A stretch of 64,000 nucleotides of DNA from Ophelia neglecta (taxonomy: Eukaryota): positions 141,608,001 to 141,672,000 of the forward strand of contig OZ260661.1 in the NCBI GenBank assembly GCA_965285935.1, in the 5' to 3' direction. This document shows, in pieces, positions 1 to 11,247 of this stretch. Every line of letters begins with the position of its first letter. Within the stretch, counting starts at the first letter, position 1. Under the pieces are notes generated by a model. It ran no database searches and had not been told where the DNA came from. It worked only from the letters and a program-made list of their open reading frames with translations. A program made the translations under genes and the position numbers.

Positions 1-890
1 CACCGTGACCTTGAAAATTTAAAATGGCTATATTTCGGATGATTATTGAACAATTTCCATAATATTAGGCACGAAAATAGCCAGCTATAAGATCATTTGT
101 CCAATATAATCTGGTTGACTCACTGTAAAATTCAAGGTCACACCATGACCTTGAAAATTTGAAATGGCTATATCTCAGCTGTTTATAGAACGATTAATGT
201 AAAATTTTGCATGAATGTAGCCAGTGATAAGGTCTTTTGATGAAATTATCTGGTTGACCTACTGTGAATAGTCAAGGTCACACTGTGACCTTGAAAATTT
301 TAAATGCCTGTATCTCACCCGTTTATGGAAGGATTTCCGTTAAATTTTGCATGAATGTAGCCAGATAGAAGCCCTTTTGATCAATAATGATCTGTTTCAC
401 CTATTTTCACCAAGGTCACACCATGCCTTGGAAAATTTCAAATGGCTATATCTCTGCCGTTAATTGAACAATTTGAGTAGAATTTGGCACGAATGTAGCC
501 ATTTTGAAAGTCTTCTGACCAAAATTATCTAAGTGACCTTGAAAATTTTAAATTCCTGTATCTCACCCATTTATTGAACGATTTTTATAAAATTTGAATG
601 TAGCCAGTAAGAAGGTCTTGGGACTGATCTTATCTGGTTAATGTATTTCGAAAATCAAGGTCACGCCATGACCTTGAAAAGTTAAAATTGCTGTATCTCA
701 GCTGTTTATTGACAGATTTTTCGTAAAATTCGGCGTGAATGTAGCAAGTTAGAAGCTCTTGATCGAAATACTTTAGTCATCTAGTTTATTTGGTTTTTTT
801 GCTGATCTATATTTTGCAGAACTTTTATTACAATTGAGAAACTATCAAAGGGCAAAGATATCGTATCCGATAGGATGCACCTTTAATTTT
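1..890 (+). mobile_element. 3' part of a HINE/Helentron-like non-autonomous element with an internal ~140-bp tandem array
   Basis: Degenerate monomers start at about 1, 141, 281, 419, 533 and 664. Most carry the palindrome CAAGGTCA-CACCA-TGACCTTG. The array is followed by a short hairpin (GTATCC-GATA-GGATGC, 863-878) and a T-rich end, the layout known for satellite-carrying HINEs. The 5' end lies outside the window. Confidence 0.55.
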
Positions 891-1110
891 ATAGAATTGT
901 GCAAAGAAGACATGATATCAAACACCGGGCGTATTGTTTTTTATAGAATGTATTGTGCAAAGAAGACATGATATCATAAGCCGGGCGTATTGTTTATATA
1001 GAATGTAATGTGCAAAGAAGACGGGTTATCCTTAACCGGGTGTATTATTTTTTATAGAATGTACTGTGCAAAGAAGACATGATATCATACACCAGGCGTT
1101 TTGTTTTTAT
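885..1110. repeat. ~59-bp minisatellite, ~4 copies
   Basis: Repeated TTTTATAGAATGTAxTGTGCAAAGAAGACATGATATC...CCGGGCGTATTG. Confidence 0.9.
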
Positions 1111-1619
1111 AGCACATATTGATAGTCATGAAATCATTTCCCAAATTAATTCTTTTGCTCTACCTAATGTACTATTAATTTCTGATATTGATGACATTTT
1201 ATACAATATTAATTAAAGAAGGAACACTTTTTTCAATTAACATTTCCCTTCAACAAATTTTATTCGCTAGGAAAATAAATTCTCGCCTTTAAACACCGAG
1301 GCCCCACGAGAAGCAGACGTCATGCGTCTTCGACTGCGGTCCTGTTCTGTCGGCAGGTCTCCTCCGGCAATTGTAAAGAACATGTCTTTAAAGGGACAAT
1401 GCCTTTCCGTACACAAATGATTGGAAAGTTAACTCGCTGTTTAAATATAACCAAGTTCATAGGAGCCAACAGTGAAACAAACGGAGCCGACCTTGTGTGT
1501 TTTGTGTTTGGATATAAATGAGATGTCAGTTTAGCAGCTAGGGAACCAGGTACTCGGAGTGAGGCCCAATATTCTAAGTATATTTATATTTATCTTGTGC
1601 ATGGACTGATTAACCTCTG

Positions 1620-1830
1620 ATTGCCTGGCTACGGAGCGGGGTCTTTTAGCATCTTGTCGTCATTCGTGTTTTACCCTTAGTGGCTGGCTACGGAGCTAGG
1701 TCTTTTAACATCTCGCCGCGATTCGTGTTTTACTCTGGCTGGCTGGCTACAGAGTGAGGTCTTTTTAACATATCGCCGCGATTCGTGTTTTAGGAGCTCG
1801 GAGAGCACGTCCCTTCAAGTTGTCGAGAGG
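1620..1830 (-). repeat. ~58-bp tandem repeat (3 copies), possibly the 5' UTR of a retroelement
   Basis: TGGCTACGGAGC...CGCCGCGATTCGTGTTTTA is repeated three times. On the - strand it is preceded by GGACGTGCTCTCCGAGCTCC, which resembles LINE 5' ends. The repeat is directly visible; the LINE origin is inference. Confidence 0.5.
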
Positions 1831-2405
1831 CGCGAGCTGCATGTTGTTTTAATAGGGCCTTGCAAACGGAAATCATCGGTGGAAGGGGATGGAGGGGGTG
1901 GGGGGTTACTTCAGGTAAGATAGGGTAAGAGTGAAACCCAATAGAGTAGGGAAAATGGCGCAGACTAAGGACATGCCAGTGGAAGAATCGATAGTGGTGT
2001 TCTCGTCTGCCGAGTAACAGAAGATGGTTGAGTGAGTAATGAGGTACCAAATCCATGAGAGGCGTTAACGAGAAGGTGTAACTATCCGGTGAAAAGGGAG
2101 GGAGGTTGGGGTGAGAGGGGGTTGTCTGACCCTGAACATAGGTGGGTTTGTTTCACCCAAGGGCCACATATCGCACCTGAGACGTGCTGAGCCGCTCGAC
2201 AACTTTCATACCCAAATAAAGATGAAAATACACGTTACACGAGGGCCAAAAACCACGACTGTTTAAAAAGCAGGACCTTAGAGAAGTGGTTGGCTATAAT
2301 ACAGGGGTCTAAGAGAGCGGAATAACTTCAAAACGGGCTCTTAAAGGGCGGAGCATACCCGTAAGGCAGTATATGCGGGTGGGGGTTAGTTTAATATAAT
2401 TCATA

Positions 2406-2583
2406 CAGTGAAAGCTGGTCTAAAGGGCACCTGGAAATTAGGGGCACCTGATAATTAGGGACAGCTACATTTGGACCCAACATATCGTTTTATATGTTAA
2501 ATAACCTTGAAATTAGGGGCACCCTAGAAAACAGGGCACTTTAACACAGTCCCTTGCCTGTCCCTAATTTCCAGGTTTCACTG
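2406..2583. mobile_element. Tc1/mariner (pogo/Tigger-like) MITE
   Basis: TIRs CAGTGAAAGCTGG / CCAGGTTTCACTG (1 mismatch), with TA on both sides. Confidence 0.85.
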
Positions 2584-3000
2584 TAGTTTGTAGAGTTCAA
2601 CTAAAGAGAAACACAGGTGTATTATTTACTAGATTAGCACAGTGGAATATGATACACATCATTTCCAACACAATAGCCATTATATAAGATCAAAACACAC
2701 CATTGACCGTTCCCGATCCATGTTCATAATGTCGTCATATCTATTATCCGCAATCACCTGCTCTGAGACGCCATCACTGCACATTGTGTATGTTGTTAAC
2801 GAGATGCTAAATGGACTACGTATACCTGATATACTGTACGTGCTGTGCGGCCTTTCTACCTGACACAGGTACAGACAGGCGCCGTCTGACGTGATCACAG
2901 GTGAGTGCCATCTGAGTTAAACAGGTAAGCGCGTATAGGGGGCGTCTCAGCTTCACCTGTTATACCTGCGACGCCTTCATTAATACCCAACTACAGCGAG

Positions 3001-4041
3001 ATGCAATTCAGGTATTTCGGAGTTTTACTCTACACAGGCGCTCTTGTCATCGTAATACAAATTTATAGCCTTCTTAACGGACCTCAATCTATGCGCCGAT
3101 TGGTTCAAGATATTCTGGAGGAGAAAAAGGTGAATCTTGCAGCCTCGGAGGCGGAATTATGTGATTGTGAGGAGAGATCTCTTGGTAGTAGTGGTGCCAT
3201 TTTAACCCTGTTCACTACCATTAAGGATACCCCGGATCGGACAGAAATTCACCTCAATGCGATAAAAAACTGGGGCGCGCTCACCCCTTGGGTACGGCCA
3301 GTCTTGTATATCTCTGAAAATGACAATGAAAAGTGGAGACTCCTGGCTTTAAAACACGGCTGGACCGTGCGCAATGCACCACGGGAAGTGAGAGGTATTC
3401 CGGTCATCAAGGAACTTTTTCAGGATGCCATGGAAAACTTGGATTTTAAGACCCCATTTTACGGTTTAGCCAATTCTGATAATTTATTTGATCACAGCCT
3501 TAAAGAGACGCTCATGTATTTGCTCAAAATCAAGACAAATTCTTTGTTTTTAGTTGGACGGCGGACTAACGTAGATTCTAAACACATAACAGGAAATGTA
3601 GGTGAATTAAACAATATAAAAAAGTATATTCAAAAGGGCAAACTCTTTAAAACAAACGCTCAGGATTATTTTATCACTGCCCCAAGAAAGTTTCCATGGA
3701 AAAGAGTGCCCGATTTTGTGATGGGGAGGCCGGGATATGACAATTGGTTTGTTGCCAAGTCACTTGATTGGAATATAACAATTATCGATGGAACTCATAC
3801 AATACGCGACCTTCATCAGACCGGAAGTGACGGGAATATGGCAGGATGGAACGCCACGGATCTGTGTATCAATCGAGATATGGTGGGCAAATTCGACTAT
3901 CATCCGGGTCACACTATGTGTACAACGTGGTACACCGACTACACAATAAATGGTGACGTAACCGTGGTAAGTAGGAAAGCGATTTCAAAGGAGTGTGCTA
4001 AAAGACCATACAAACGAAGGACCAATCAGCCATGTGTCTGA
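3001..4041 (+). CDS. Intronless type II membrane protein, putative GT-A-fold glycosyltransferase-like (346 aa)
   Basis: Uninterrupted ATG-to-TGA ORF. It has an N-terminal signal-anchor (VLLYTGALVIVIQIYSLL), a stem, a DxD-like NSD motif (YGLANSDNLF), and the GRRTN, QDYFIT and GRPGYDNW motifs typical of an uncharacterised glycosyltransferase-like family. The product call is tentative. Confidence 0.78.
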   Translation: MQFRYFGVLLYTGALVIVIQIYSLLNGPQSMRRLVQDILEEKKVNLAASEAELCDCEERSLGSSGAILTLFTTIKDTPDRTEIHLNAIKNWGALTPWVRPVLYISENDNEKWRLLALKHGWTVRNAPREVRGIPVIKELFQDAMENLDFKTPFYGLANSDNLFDHSLKETLMYLLKIKTNSLFLVGRRTNVDSKHITGNVGELNNIKKYIQKGKLFKTNAQDYFITAPRKFPWKRVPDFVMGRPGYDNWFVAKSLDWNITIIDGTHTIRDLHQTGSDGNMAGWNATDLCINRDMVGKFDYHPGHTMCTTWYTDYTINGDVTVVSRKAISKECAKRPYKRRTNQPCV

Positions 4042-4329
4042 ACGGCTTATGCTGCCATCATTCGAGCTCAGGGACGTCACCTATAAATGATTTCCTGTTG
4101 ACATTTAAATGAATAGGCTTATAATGTCTTTAAATTCAACTGCCCTCAATGCACCGGTTATAAAGACTAATTTTGACTAAACCAAGGTGCTTCCGGGCAC
4201 ATAAGTAGCACCCACAGCTGATATCATATACGCGCACATGTACCCCACCCCCTCCCATCCCCACAATGCCCCCGGGCAGGTCTTAATTGTAATTTGTATG
4301 TACTTTCAACTGTTATCTCAATGTGTTAC

Positions 4330-4571
4330 CCGGGCCCGGTTTTATGGATGTGGTTATAAGTTTGGCGTTAGATTAGCCTATTTCCGATTAGCTGTGACTG
4401 ATTTAATCCGTGTTTCTATTGACCAGGATTAAATTTAAGAACAAATGGCTAGATTTAAGACCAAATCCAGCATCCAGAAATCCCAATCGGCAAGTTAAGA
4501 CTGATTACGGATTTTAATCCTGATCTTAACCCGAGTTTACAGTTAAGATCGCTTCTAGAAACCGAACCCGG
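4330..4571. mobile_element. PIF/Harbinger-like MITE (degenerate)
   Basis: Inverted ends CCGGGCCCGGTTTT / GAAACCGAACCCGG. The same terminal motif occurs at 50685-50913. Confidence 0.6.
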
Positions 4572-5275
4572 ATGATTTCTGAACAGTTTAGTGGATCATT
4601 TTGATTAAGTAAAGGCCTTGTCTTTACATGTATTTTTTTTTCATATTTGATAATATGAAAACAATACTTTAATATTTACATCATTATATTTATATCAGCG
4701 CTTAAACTTTTAACTCGCAGTCAAACATCTTGGAATGATAGACCCTGTGTGGAAACGTCAGGTGACGGATTTAATCTATGGTTTTAATGTTCTGATGTGA
4801 TCTCTATACCTCACAAGCAATTAATTGAAATAGACCCGATGTACAAACTGTTTGTTTGTTTATTCAAATAAACCCAGAGGTGAAATTCAGTATTGTTTTT
4901 TGCATTGAATATCAGTTATGCTTTAATTCCTTGTGGTTACATTGAGCAGATAATCTCTTCGAATTCGTAAACGAGGCGTATACATCATGTACTCAAGGCG
5001 AGAATGTGATTGCATTTAACAAATTTAACGACCAAGTTTGTTTTCTTTACACGACTAGACAATAGATAAACTTGTAAAACCATGCTCATCACTGCTTCTA
5101 ACTTCCAAAGGATTTTTTCCGGACAGGGAATCTCCCCAAATTATTTAAAATTGTGAATTATCGATGATTAATGCTTCATTGAGCTTCTAATGATATTAAG
5201 GCCACCTAGTGATATCGCATACAGGACAATTGTGCCAGACGAGGATAGTCGGGTGGTTGTTTACAAAATAAATAC

Positions 5276-5480
5276 CAGTTGCGGATTTAGGGGGGGGGGG
5301 GGGGGGTAGGGGGTCCGACCCCCCCCCCCCCCTTAGCCAAAAAGGCGGCTCGGACCAGAGCCTATTTCTGGACCTACGCAAGTGCTTTCAGAGGGTTGGT
5401 ACCGATGACAATCCAATTATTTGCATTGTCAATTTTGGAAAATTTGCCCCCCCCCTGCTGAAATCCTGGATCCGCCACTG
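5276..5480. mobile_element. hAT5-like MITE (CAGTGGCGGAT termini)
   Basis: TIRs CAGTTGCGGATTTAG / CTGGATCCGCCACTG, internal G/C runs, and flanks AATAC / TATAC (5-bp TSD, 1 mismatch). Confidence 0.75.
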
Positions 5481-6425
5481 TATACCGACGGCACTCTATT
5501 GTGAGTGCATGAGGACACTGATTTCTTAACCGCATGGCTTCGGATTTTAATAGTGTAAGTTAGTCTCGAGTTTAATAAGGGGTTCGGCGTGATGAATAAA
5601 CTCTGGCCGATCACAGAAGGACCTTCCATCAATCTGATTACAGAGACTATTTCGCCAACCCTACCACACTCTGCTCGTTCTGATGCATCATGGTCACATT
5701 GACTAGGTTGAGGGGGGGGGGGGGGGCTCGCTCTTGTCACGGCACAGAGTCTCAAAAATAATAGCCCTCTTTAGGGCATTGGCATTAAATTTCTAACCCT
5801 AGTACGGGGGCATTCGTCTGAATTTTTACTATAGGAGGGGCACTTGTAGGTAATACTTATCTTATTATTCAATTTTTACGTGTTAACGAAAGTAAAAAGC
5901 GTGTGAAATTAGGAAAACATAACATAACAGGGCAAGTGAAGGAAATATTAGTATAAATAGTCTGGTGAATCCAACAACGGACGCACATATCTTCAGGCTC
6001 GAATTGGCTAAACACCTCTCTCCAATGTGCCCTAGGTGAAGTCCGGGAGGGCAAAAAGTTAAAGGCTGCTAAAGTTAAGGTTACAAGGATAAAAGCTAAA
6101 GGAATTTGCATTTAAAAATAAAAGTTACAAATCAAAGCTTAAGTTCCCCCGAATATCTCCATCCATGGCCCGCAAGAAGGATACGGAGGGTTTGAGACAG
6201 GGAAGCCATGTTTATATACCTTGGTGGAAGAACGTCGCTGTTCGTTTCGGACTGGGTGAAGACCAAGTTACATGTAGTACGTGTGTACGTGTGTACGGTG
6301 ACGTATCCCAGTCTTCAATTCTGTCTTGTTTACCCCGTTACACATGCGTTCTCGTGCGTTCCTTGTTAGTGAGTCGTCAGCTGAACCTGTGGTCTATGAC
6401 CGGCACATCATCCGGGACAGCTTTT

Positions 6426-9400
6426 TAGATTTAGATTTTTATTCGCTCGTGGCCTCTTTGAGACATGGAGCACAAGCAATTACATAAACGTACATAAAAA
6501 TAGAAACATGAAAATACAGCCTCATGAACGATGAAGTACAAGAATCTTCTTAATGAATAATGTTAACGAGCGGAAGATATTAGTGTTACTGATCAGCTGT
6601 GTGAATTTCAACATGCTTGGTCTACTGCGGTAATATAATGGGAGCATTTGTCTGCGAAGTAGAACAACTCTTTCGTCAGTGCATTCTAACAATGCATGAA
6701 ATTCGTCACCTAGCTTGTTACAACTACATAGAGTACAATAACGTTCCAATCGTGGTACACCAACATATCTACCAGTTTCTATAGGTAACACATGGTTACT
6801 CGTTCTAAACCGACAAAACTCAATAGCTAGTTTGTGCGGGAGACAATCCAGGTAAGCTTCAGATTCAAAAGTATTTTTAAATGATGCGTAGGTTGTGCAC
6901 AGTGTTCGGTTTGCGATATTTTCAGACCACATTTGAATATACTGATCTTGTAATTTTCTGTTGACATGTAGCTTAACCCAAGTGGTGTTTAGGCCAGCGG
7001 CCTGAGACATAAACATGTTAGAGCAACCACAGTTGTCAAGAATAGACTTAATTTGATATAACCACGGCGAGGTGTACATTCCTTTCTGGTGCATTTCATA
7101 AATATATCTATACAATGTGTAACTAAGTTTACATTCTTTACCGCTTACAAGCCTGGCCCAGAAACCAATCATTTTCGTTTTAATATTTACCTCAAGTGGA
7201 TAACGGCCGCACTCACCATACACCATTGAGGAACACGTGGACGATTTTAAACCAAGGACATATTTACAGTATTTGAGGTGAAGCCTCTCCACAACCGTAT
7301 TGTCAGCATATCCCCATACTTCACATCCGTAATTCAATATAGGCAAAATCATGGTGTCAAATAAGTCCAGACGGAGCTTAATTGGTAGAATTAAGATGTT
7401 ACATCTACTCAAGACAGACATCATCGCTCGTTGAGCTTGCTCTACTAAATGTATCTTACACTTTTTGTAACTCCCAGAGCTGCTGAATACAACACCAAGA
7501 TATTTAAATTCCTTTACAACCTCCACTCTTTTGCCGTTGTACATAAAATTGTGTGTAACCCTTCGACCTCTACCAAATATGCAAACCTTAGTTTTATCTG
7601 GATTGACAGTTAGGTGCCACTTACGACAATACTCTGACAGATCGTCCAAACCTTTTTGGAGCTTGAAAGCGGTATTAGCAAGAATAGCGGTATCGTCTGC
7701 ATATAAAATGAGCAGAATTATAATTACGCCTTCGGCATCCACAAATACACCGTCATTCCCTCGATCAAACAGGAATGATTCTAGATCGTTAATAAAGAAG
7801 GAAAATAGGAGTGGCGATAGGTTTTCCCCCTGCCTTACACCGGTTGAACATATAAAATAGTCACTAACTTTACCATTTTTGGCCACGCACGACCTCACAT
7901 TTACATACATATTTTTTACAACACTTACTAATTTACTGTTGAGACTAAGCCCTTGACTGTGTAACTTCCACCAGAGAGCTTGCCGCCAAACCATATCAAA
8001 GGCTTTGTTGTAGTCAACAAAAGCACAAAACAGATTTTCCTTACGAAAAAGCATAATATCTATGATGCATTTAAGTGAAAATATCTGGTCCATTGTGCTG
8101 TAGCCCTTGCGAAACCCAGCTTGATTTTCCTTCAATAGGTTGTTTAATTCACTAAATTGACATAGACGATCATTAATAAGACTTGACGTGAAAAGTTTGC
8201 CCATGCAAGATAAAAGTGTGATACCACGATAATTTGTCGGGTTACATTTGTCCCCCTTTTTAAATATAGGTACAATTATACCAATAGTCCACGATTCGGG
8301 AATTTGGCCGTTGGATAGTATAGTGTTGAACAATGTAACATATAAAGGCAGAAAAATGTCTGTTGTATGTATAATAAACTCGTTAATAATGTGGTCCATA
8401 CCACAGGCTTTGCCACGCTTCAACTTTTTAATTGCACACAGTATTTCGTCAGCAGTAAATGGTTTATCCAACGAGAGGAAGTCGATATTATTATCACAAT
8501 TATCTAAGGAGGGGAGTTCCTCGTTCTCCTCTAAATGCGTCGACTTCCCAAGATCTCTGAAGTGGTCATATAGATCATTCAAGGATGCCTGTATATCAGC
8601 AGTTTTGTTTTTCATGTTAAGTAATCTCCAGTATTCTTTGGAGTTGCTTTTCTTAAGATTGGTCAAATTCTTTCTAAGAAGTTTGTTTGCCGCTGATTCG
8701 GCTTTCTGGCGCTCTCTTTTTAATGCCCTACTATGGCGAACCAGATCCTTCCGAGTTTTAGCCAATCTGAGGCGCTGGTGGGTCCTCTTTGCGTGATTGT
8801 ATCGCGACTTAGCTAGCTTATACTCAGTGCCGGTGAAGTGATATTTATGCTGCCTTTTATTAGTTAGGTCAACATTTGGTCTAGGATGTACAGTCGGACT
8901 CGAAAATGTGCTGATAGCACTGTCCAACATCACACCAGATAATAATTTAACCACATGATCAATATTAGGGTTAACACCGGCTAGTAAATTGTTCAACGAA
9001 TTAATTTTCGCCTTGTCTAGATTATTTACAAAATCTAGTATTTTATCATCGCGCCACCTTTTGTAGGGAACCTTATGACTATTTGCTTGATGGTCCACAT
9101 TAATGGCGGTCTCTGCGCCCTCAGACTCCAGACATGTACTAAAATACACAGAGATGGGCTTGTGGACATCAGACAATAGAGGGTCAAAGTCGAGTACCTC
9201 GAACGAGTTAATTGTTGATGCAATATCAGGAGAACCAATAATATAGTCAACAATAGTACCGTGTGTGGTGGTTGCCGCTCCTTGCTGAGCGTCAACACCT
9301 AACCGACCATTGAATACTATAAGCGAGGTGCTTTTACATAAATCTAATAGACGATTGCCGTAGTACAAATCATTGTTAATGTCTACTGAAACTCTTGTGA

Positions 9401-10470
9401 GTGGAATATCAAAGTTGAATAAAATACTTCCAGTGTCTATAACATTAATATACTCTTCATTCACTCCCACCTCATCAAACAGCCTATGATCAAATAAAGT
9501 TATATCACTCTTCGTCCGTGTATGGGCATTAAAATCCCCAGCTAACAAAAAGTGGTAAGAATCAACACCCTGGGTCACAATGAAGGTTTCCAAGTTGTCA
9601 TAAAATTCTATACTAGAAAATCTTGATTCTTTCGGCGGGATATAAACATTGCCGACAATCGTGTCCTTGTCCAGGCCAAGTATAGATTTGTCAAGTTTAA
9701 ACCACTGACAAAAATGATTGTCCCTGTCAATAATAGTGACAAATTTCTTAAATTTAGACCTTATTGCAATTAATAAGCCCCCGGACCTTCTTATAGCCAA
9801 GCTTGTCCTATTTCTGAAATAGACATAATACCCGTACTTGAGAAATTCGTTCTTAATGTATTCATTACAAGTATCATCCAATTTAGTTTCTTGTGCACAA
9901 ATGATGTCGTAATGACACAATTGATCAAAAACGTCTGGCTTATTCATTAAGCCACATACATTAATAGACAATAGTGAAAGATTGTTGGGTACTCTCTTCT
10001 GAGGTGTGTGATTCGCCTGTGCCCCGTCGCGCCCCTATTCTCCAGCCTGGGACAGCGGTGTGTAGCGATTATAGTTCGGCCCTATGATACCGCCCCCCGC
10101 ACGGCGGTTGCCCCGATACCCGCCTCTTCTGCCCCGCCTCCCCTCCTGACGGCGTGGATTCTGTGTGTCGTAGTTGGCAGGTGGGTCATCTTGTCGCCGA
10201 GCTATGATCACCAAGTTACATATGATTTACCAACATTTGGAATTTAAGTATTTTGATCAGTGGGTGGTGAATATTAGCTTTTAAGAAACACATTGTCATT
10301 TAACAACTTTTGGAAAAAGTGAGAACTTTTCTCTCTTGTTGGTAACTACTTATACTATTCCAGATATTACGGACTTAGTAGAATGATTCCAGTAACACAT
10401 AGACTTATAACACTCATACTTACTATTATAGATTACAGAGAGCTCCATAGCCGCCGTTGCCGTCGAGCGA
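6426..10470 (-). mobile_element. Non-LTR retrotransposon, RTE-X-like, apparently recent
   Basis: Intact ORF2, and a short 3' UTR ending AATAAAAATCTAAATCTAAAAA on the - strand. Upstream are a GC-rich ORF1-like remnant (10035-10200) and a putative 5' end near 10470 (GGCGGCTATGGAGCTCTC). No TSD was identified, so the 5' boundary is approximate. Confidence 0.85.
6522..9971 (-). CDS. LINE ORF2: APE endonuclease + reverse transcriptase + C-terminal CCHC zinc knuckle (1149 aa)
   Basis: EN motifs SINVCG, QETK, GDFNA, VDYII and SDVH. RT motifs QAGFR, FVDYNKAFD, GVRQGENLSP, YADD and YLG. C-terminal CTLC...EFHALLEC. No internal stop codons. Confidence 0.96.
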   Translation of the reverse strand: MSINVCGLMNKPDVFDQLCHYDIICAQETKLDDTCNEYIKNEFLKYGYYVYFRNRTSLAIRRSGGLLIAIRSKFKKFVTIIDRDNHFCQWFKLDKSILGLDKDTIVGNVYIPPKESRFSSIEFYDNLETFIVTQGVDSYHFLLAGDFNAHTRTKSDITLFDHRLFDEVGVNEEYINVIDTGSILFNFDIPLTRVSVDINNDLYYGNRLLDLCKSTSLIVFNGRLGVDAQQGAATTTHGTIVDYIIGSPDIASTINSFEVLDFDPLLSDVHKPISVYFSTCLESEGAETAINVDHQANSHKVPYKRWRDDKILDFVNNLDKAKINSLNNLLAGVNPNIDHVVKLLSGVMLDSAISTFSSPTVHPRPNVDLTNKRQHKYHFTGTEYKLAKSRYNHAKRTHQRLRLAKTRKDLVRHSRALKRERQKAESAANKLLRKNLTNLKKSNSKEYWRLLNMKNKTADIQASLNDLYDHFRDLGKSTHLEENEELPSLDNCDNNIDFLSLDKPFTADEILCAIKKLKRGKACGMDHIINEFIIHTTDIFLPLYVTLFNTILSNGQIPESWTIGIIVPIFKKGDKCNPTNYRGITLLSCMGKLFTSSLINDRLCQFSELNNLLKENQAGFRKGYSTMDQIFSLKCIIDIMLFRKENLFCAFVDYNKAFDMVWRQALWWKLHSQGLSLNSKLVSVVKNMYVNVRSCVAKNGKVSDYFICSTGVRQGENLSPLLFSFFINDLESFLFDRGNDGVFVDAEGVIIILLILYADDTAILANTAFKLQKGLDDLSEYCRKWHLTVNPDKTKVCIFGRGRRVTHNFMYNGKRVEVVKEFKYLGVVFSSSGSYKKCKIHLVEQAQRAMMSVLSRCNILILPIKLRLDLFDTMILPILNYGCEVWGYADNTVVERLHLKYCKYVLGLKSSTCSSMVYGECGRYPLEVNIKTKMIGFWARLVSGKECKLSYTLYRYIYEMHQKGMYTSPWLYQIKSILDNCGCSNMFMSQAAGLNTTWVKLHVNRKLQDQYIQMWSENIANRTLCTTYASFKNTFESEAYLDCLPHKLAIEFCRFRTSNHVLPIETGRYVGVPRLERYCTLCSCNKLGDEFHALLECTDERVVLLRRQMLPLYYRSRPSMLKFTQLISNTNIFRSLTLFIKKILVLHRS

Positions 10471-11247
10471 GCTATCTAGCTAAGATGCGTGTATGTACAC
10501 AGTAAATAGTACAGAATTCAAGTAATACCAGCCGTCCCTGCAAGTTGATTTGGATGGGTTTCCGGTGCGCCCTGTGAATAACCTTCATTATCACTCATAA
10601 GCGTTCGTTACATTCTAGTCCAAAGCTACTAACATTTCGTTTTAGTATTACTAAAATCAATTCGTATACAGTAAACTCTACCAACATCGACCTCGCTCCA
10701 CGGACTAGGGCAGGGTTAGTATCAGTGTCGGGTTTATTATCAAAGTGTTAGTTTTTGTAAGCTTTGGGATAAGGAAAGGGATTGGTAACAATATTTAAAA
10801 CCCCTTTGAGAGAAGGCGATGGGCCAAGGTCTTCAACACTGGTACGAAGAGTCGTGCGCCCATTGTTAATTAAAACGACGCTGGCTTTGCATGATCTCAG
10901 CGCGCGCTGGGCTTGACCTGAATGACGTAAAGGCCTTGCACATGCTGCGTCCTACGTCACGTCGCTCGGCTCCAGTGGCGTCGGTTATACATTGCATTAC
11001 ACAGTAATCAAATTGAGTTGGAAACCAACTCTTGTGCCTAGCATTGTTTCCGCGGGGCTTTCCTATAAATCACAAGTCTTTTAACATACGGAAGGAAAAC
11101 ATATTGATGCCTTTATCGAACAGTACAAATGGCACCCCGAAACCAAACAAGTCATTCTCGTTCGGAGTTGGAACCCACACACCTCTTTTCCCAGGCCGAA
11201 CGTCTCGAACACTAGGCAACGATGTATCTCAAGAAATGGAGCCAAAG

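Noticed and set aside
1290-1370. HDV-like ribozyme on the - strand (TTCTCGTGG loop-like motif)
   Set aside because: The P3 and P1 pairings could not be formed.
7531-8796. + strand ORFs inside the LINE, and similar antisense ORFs over the GPCR exons
   Set aside because: They are antisense shadows of real coding sequence with no recognisable motifs.
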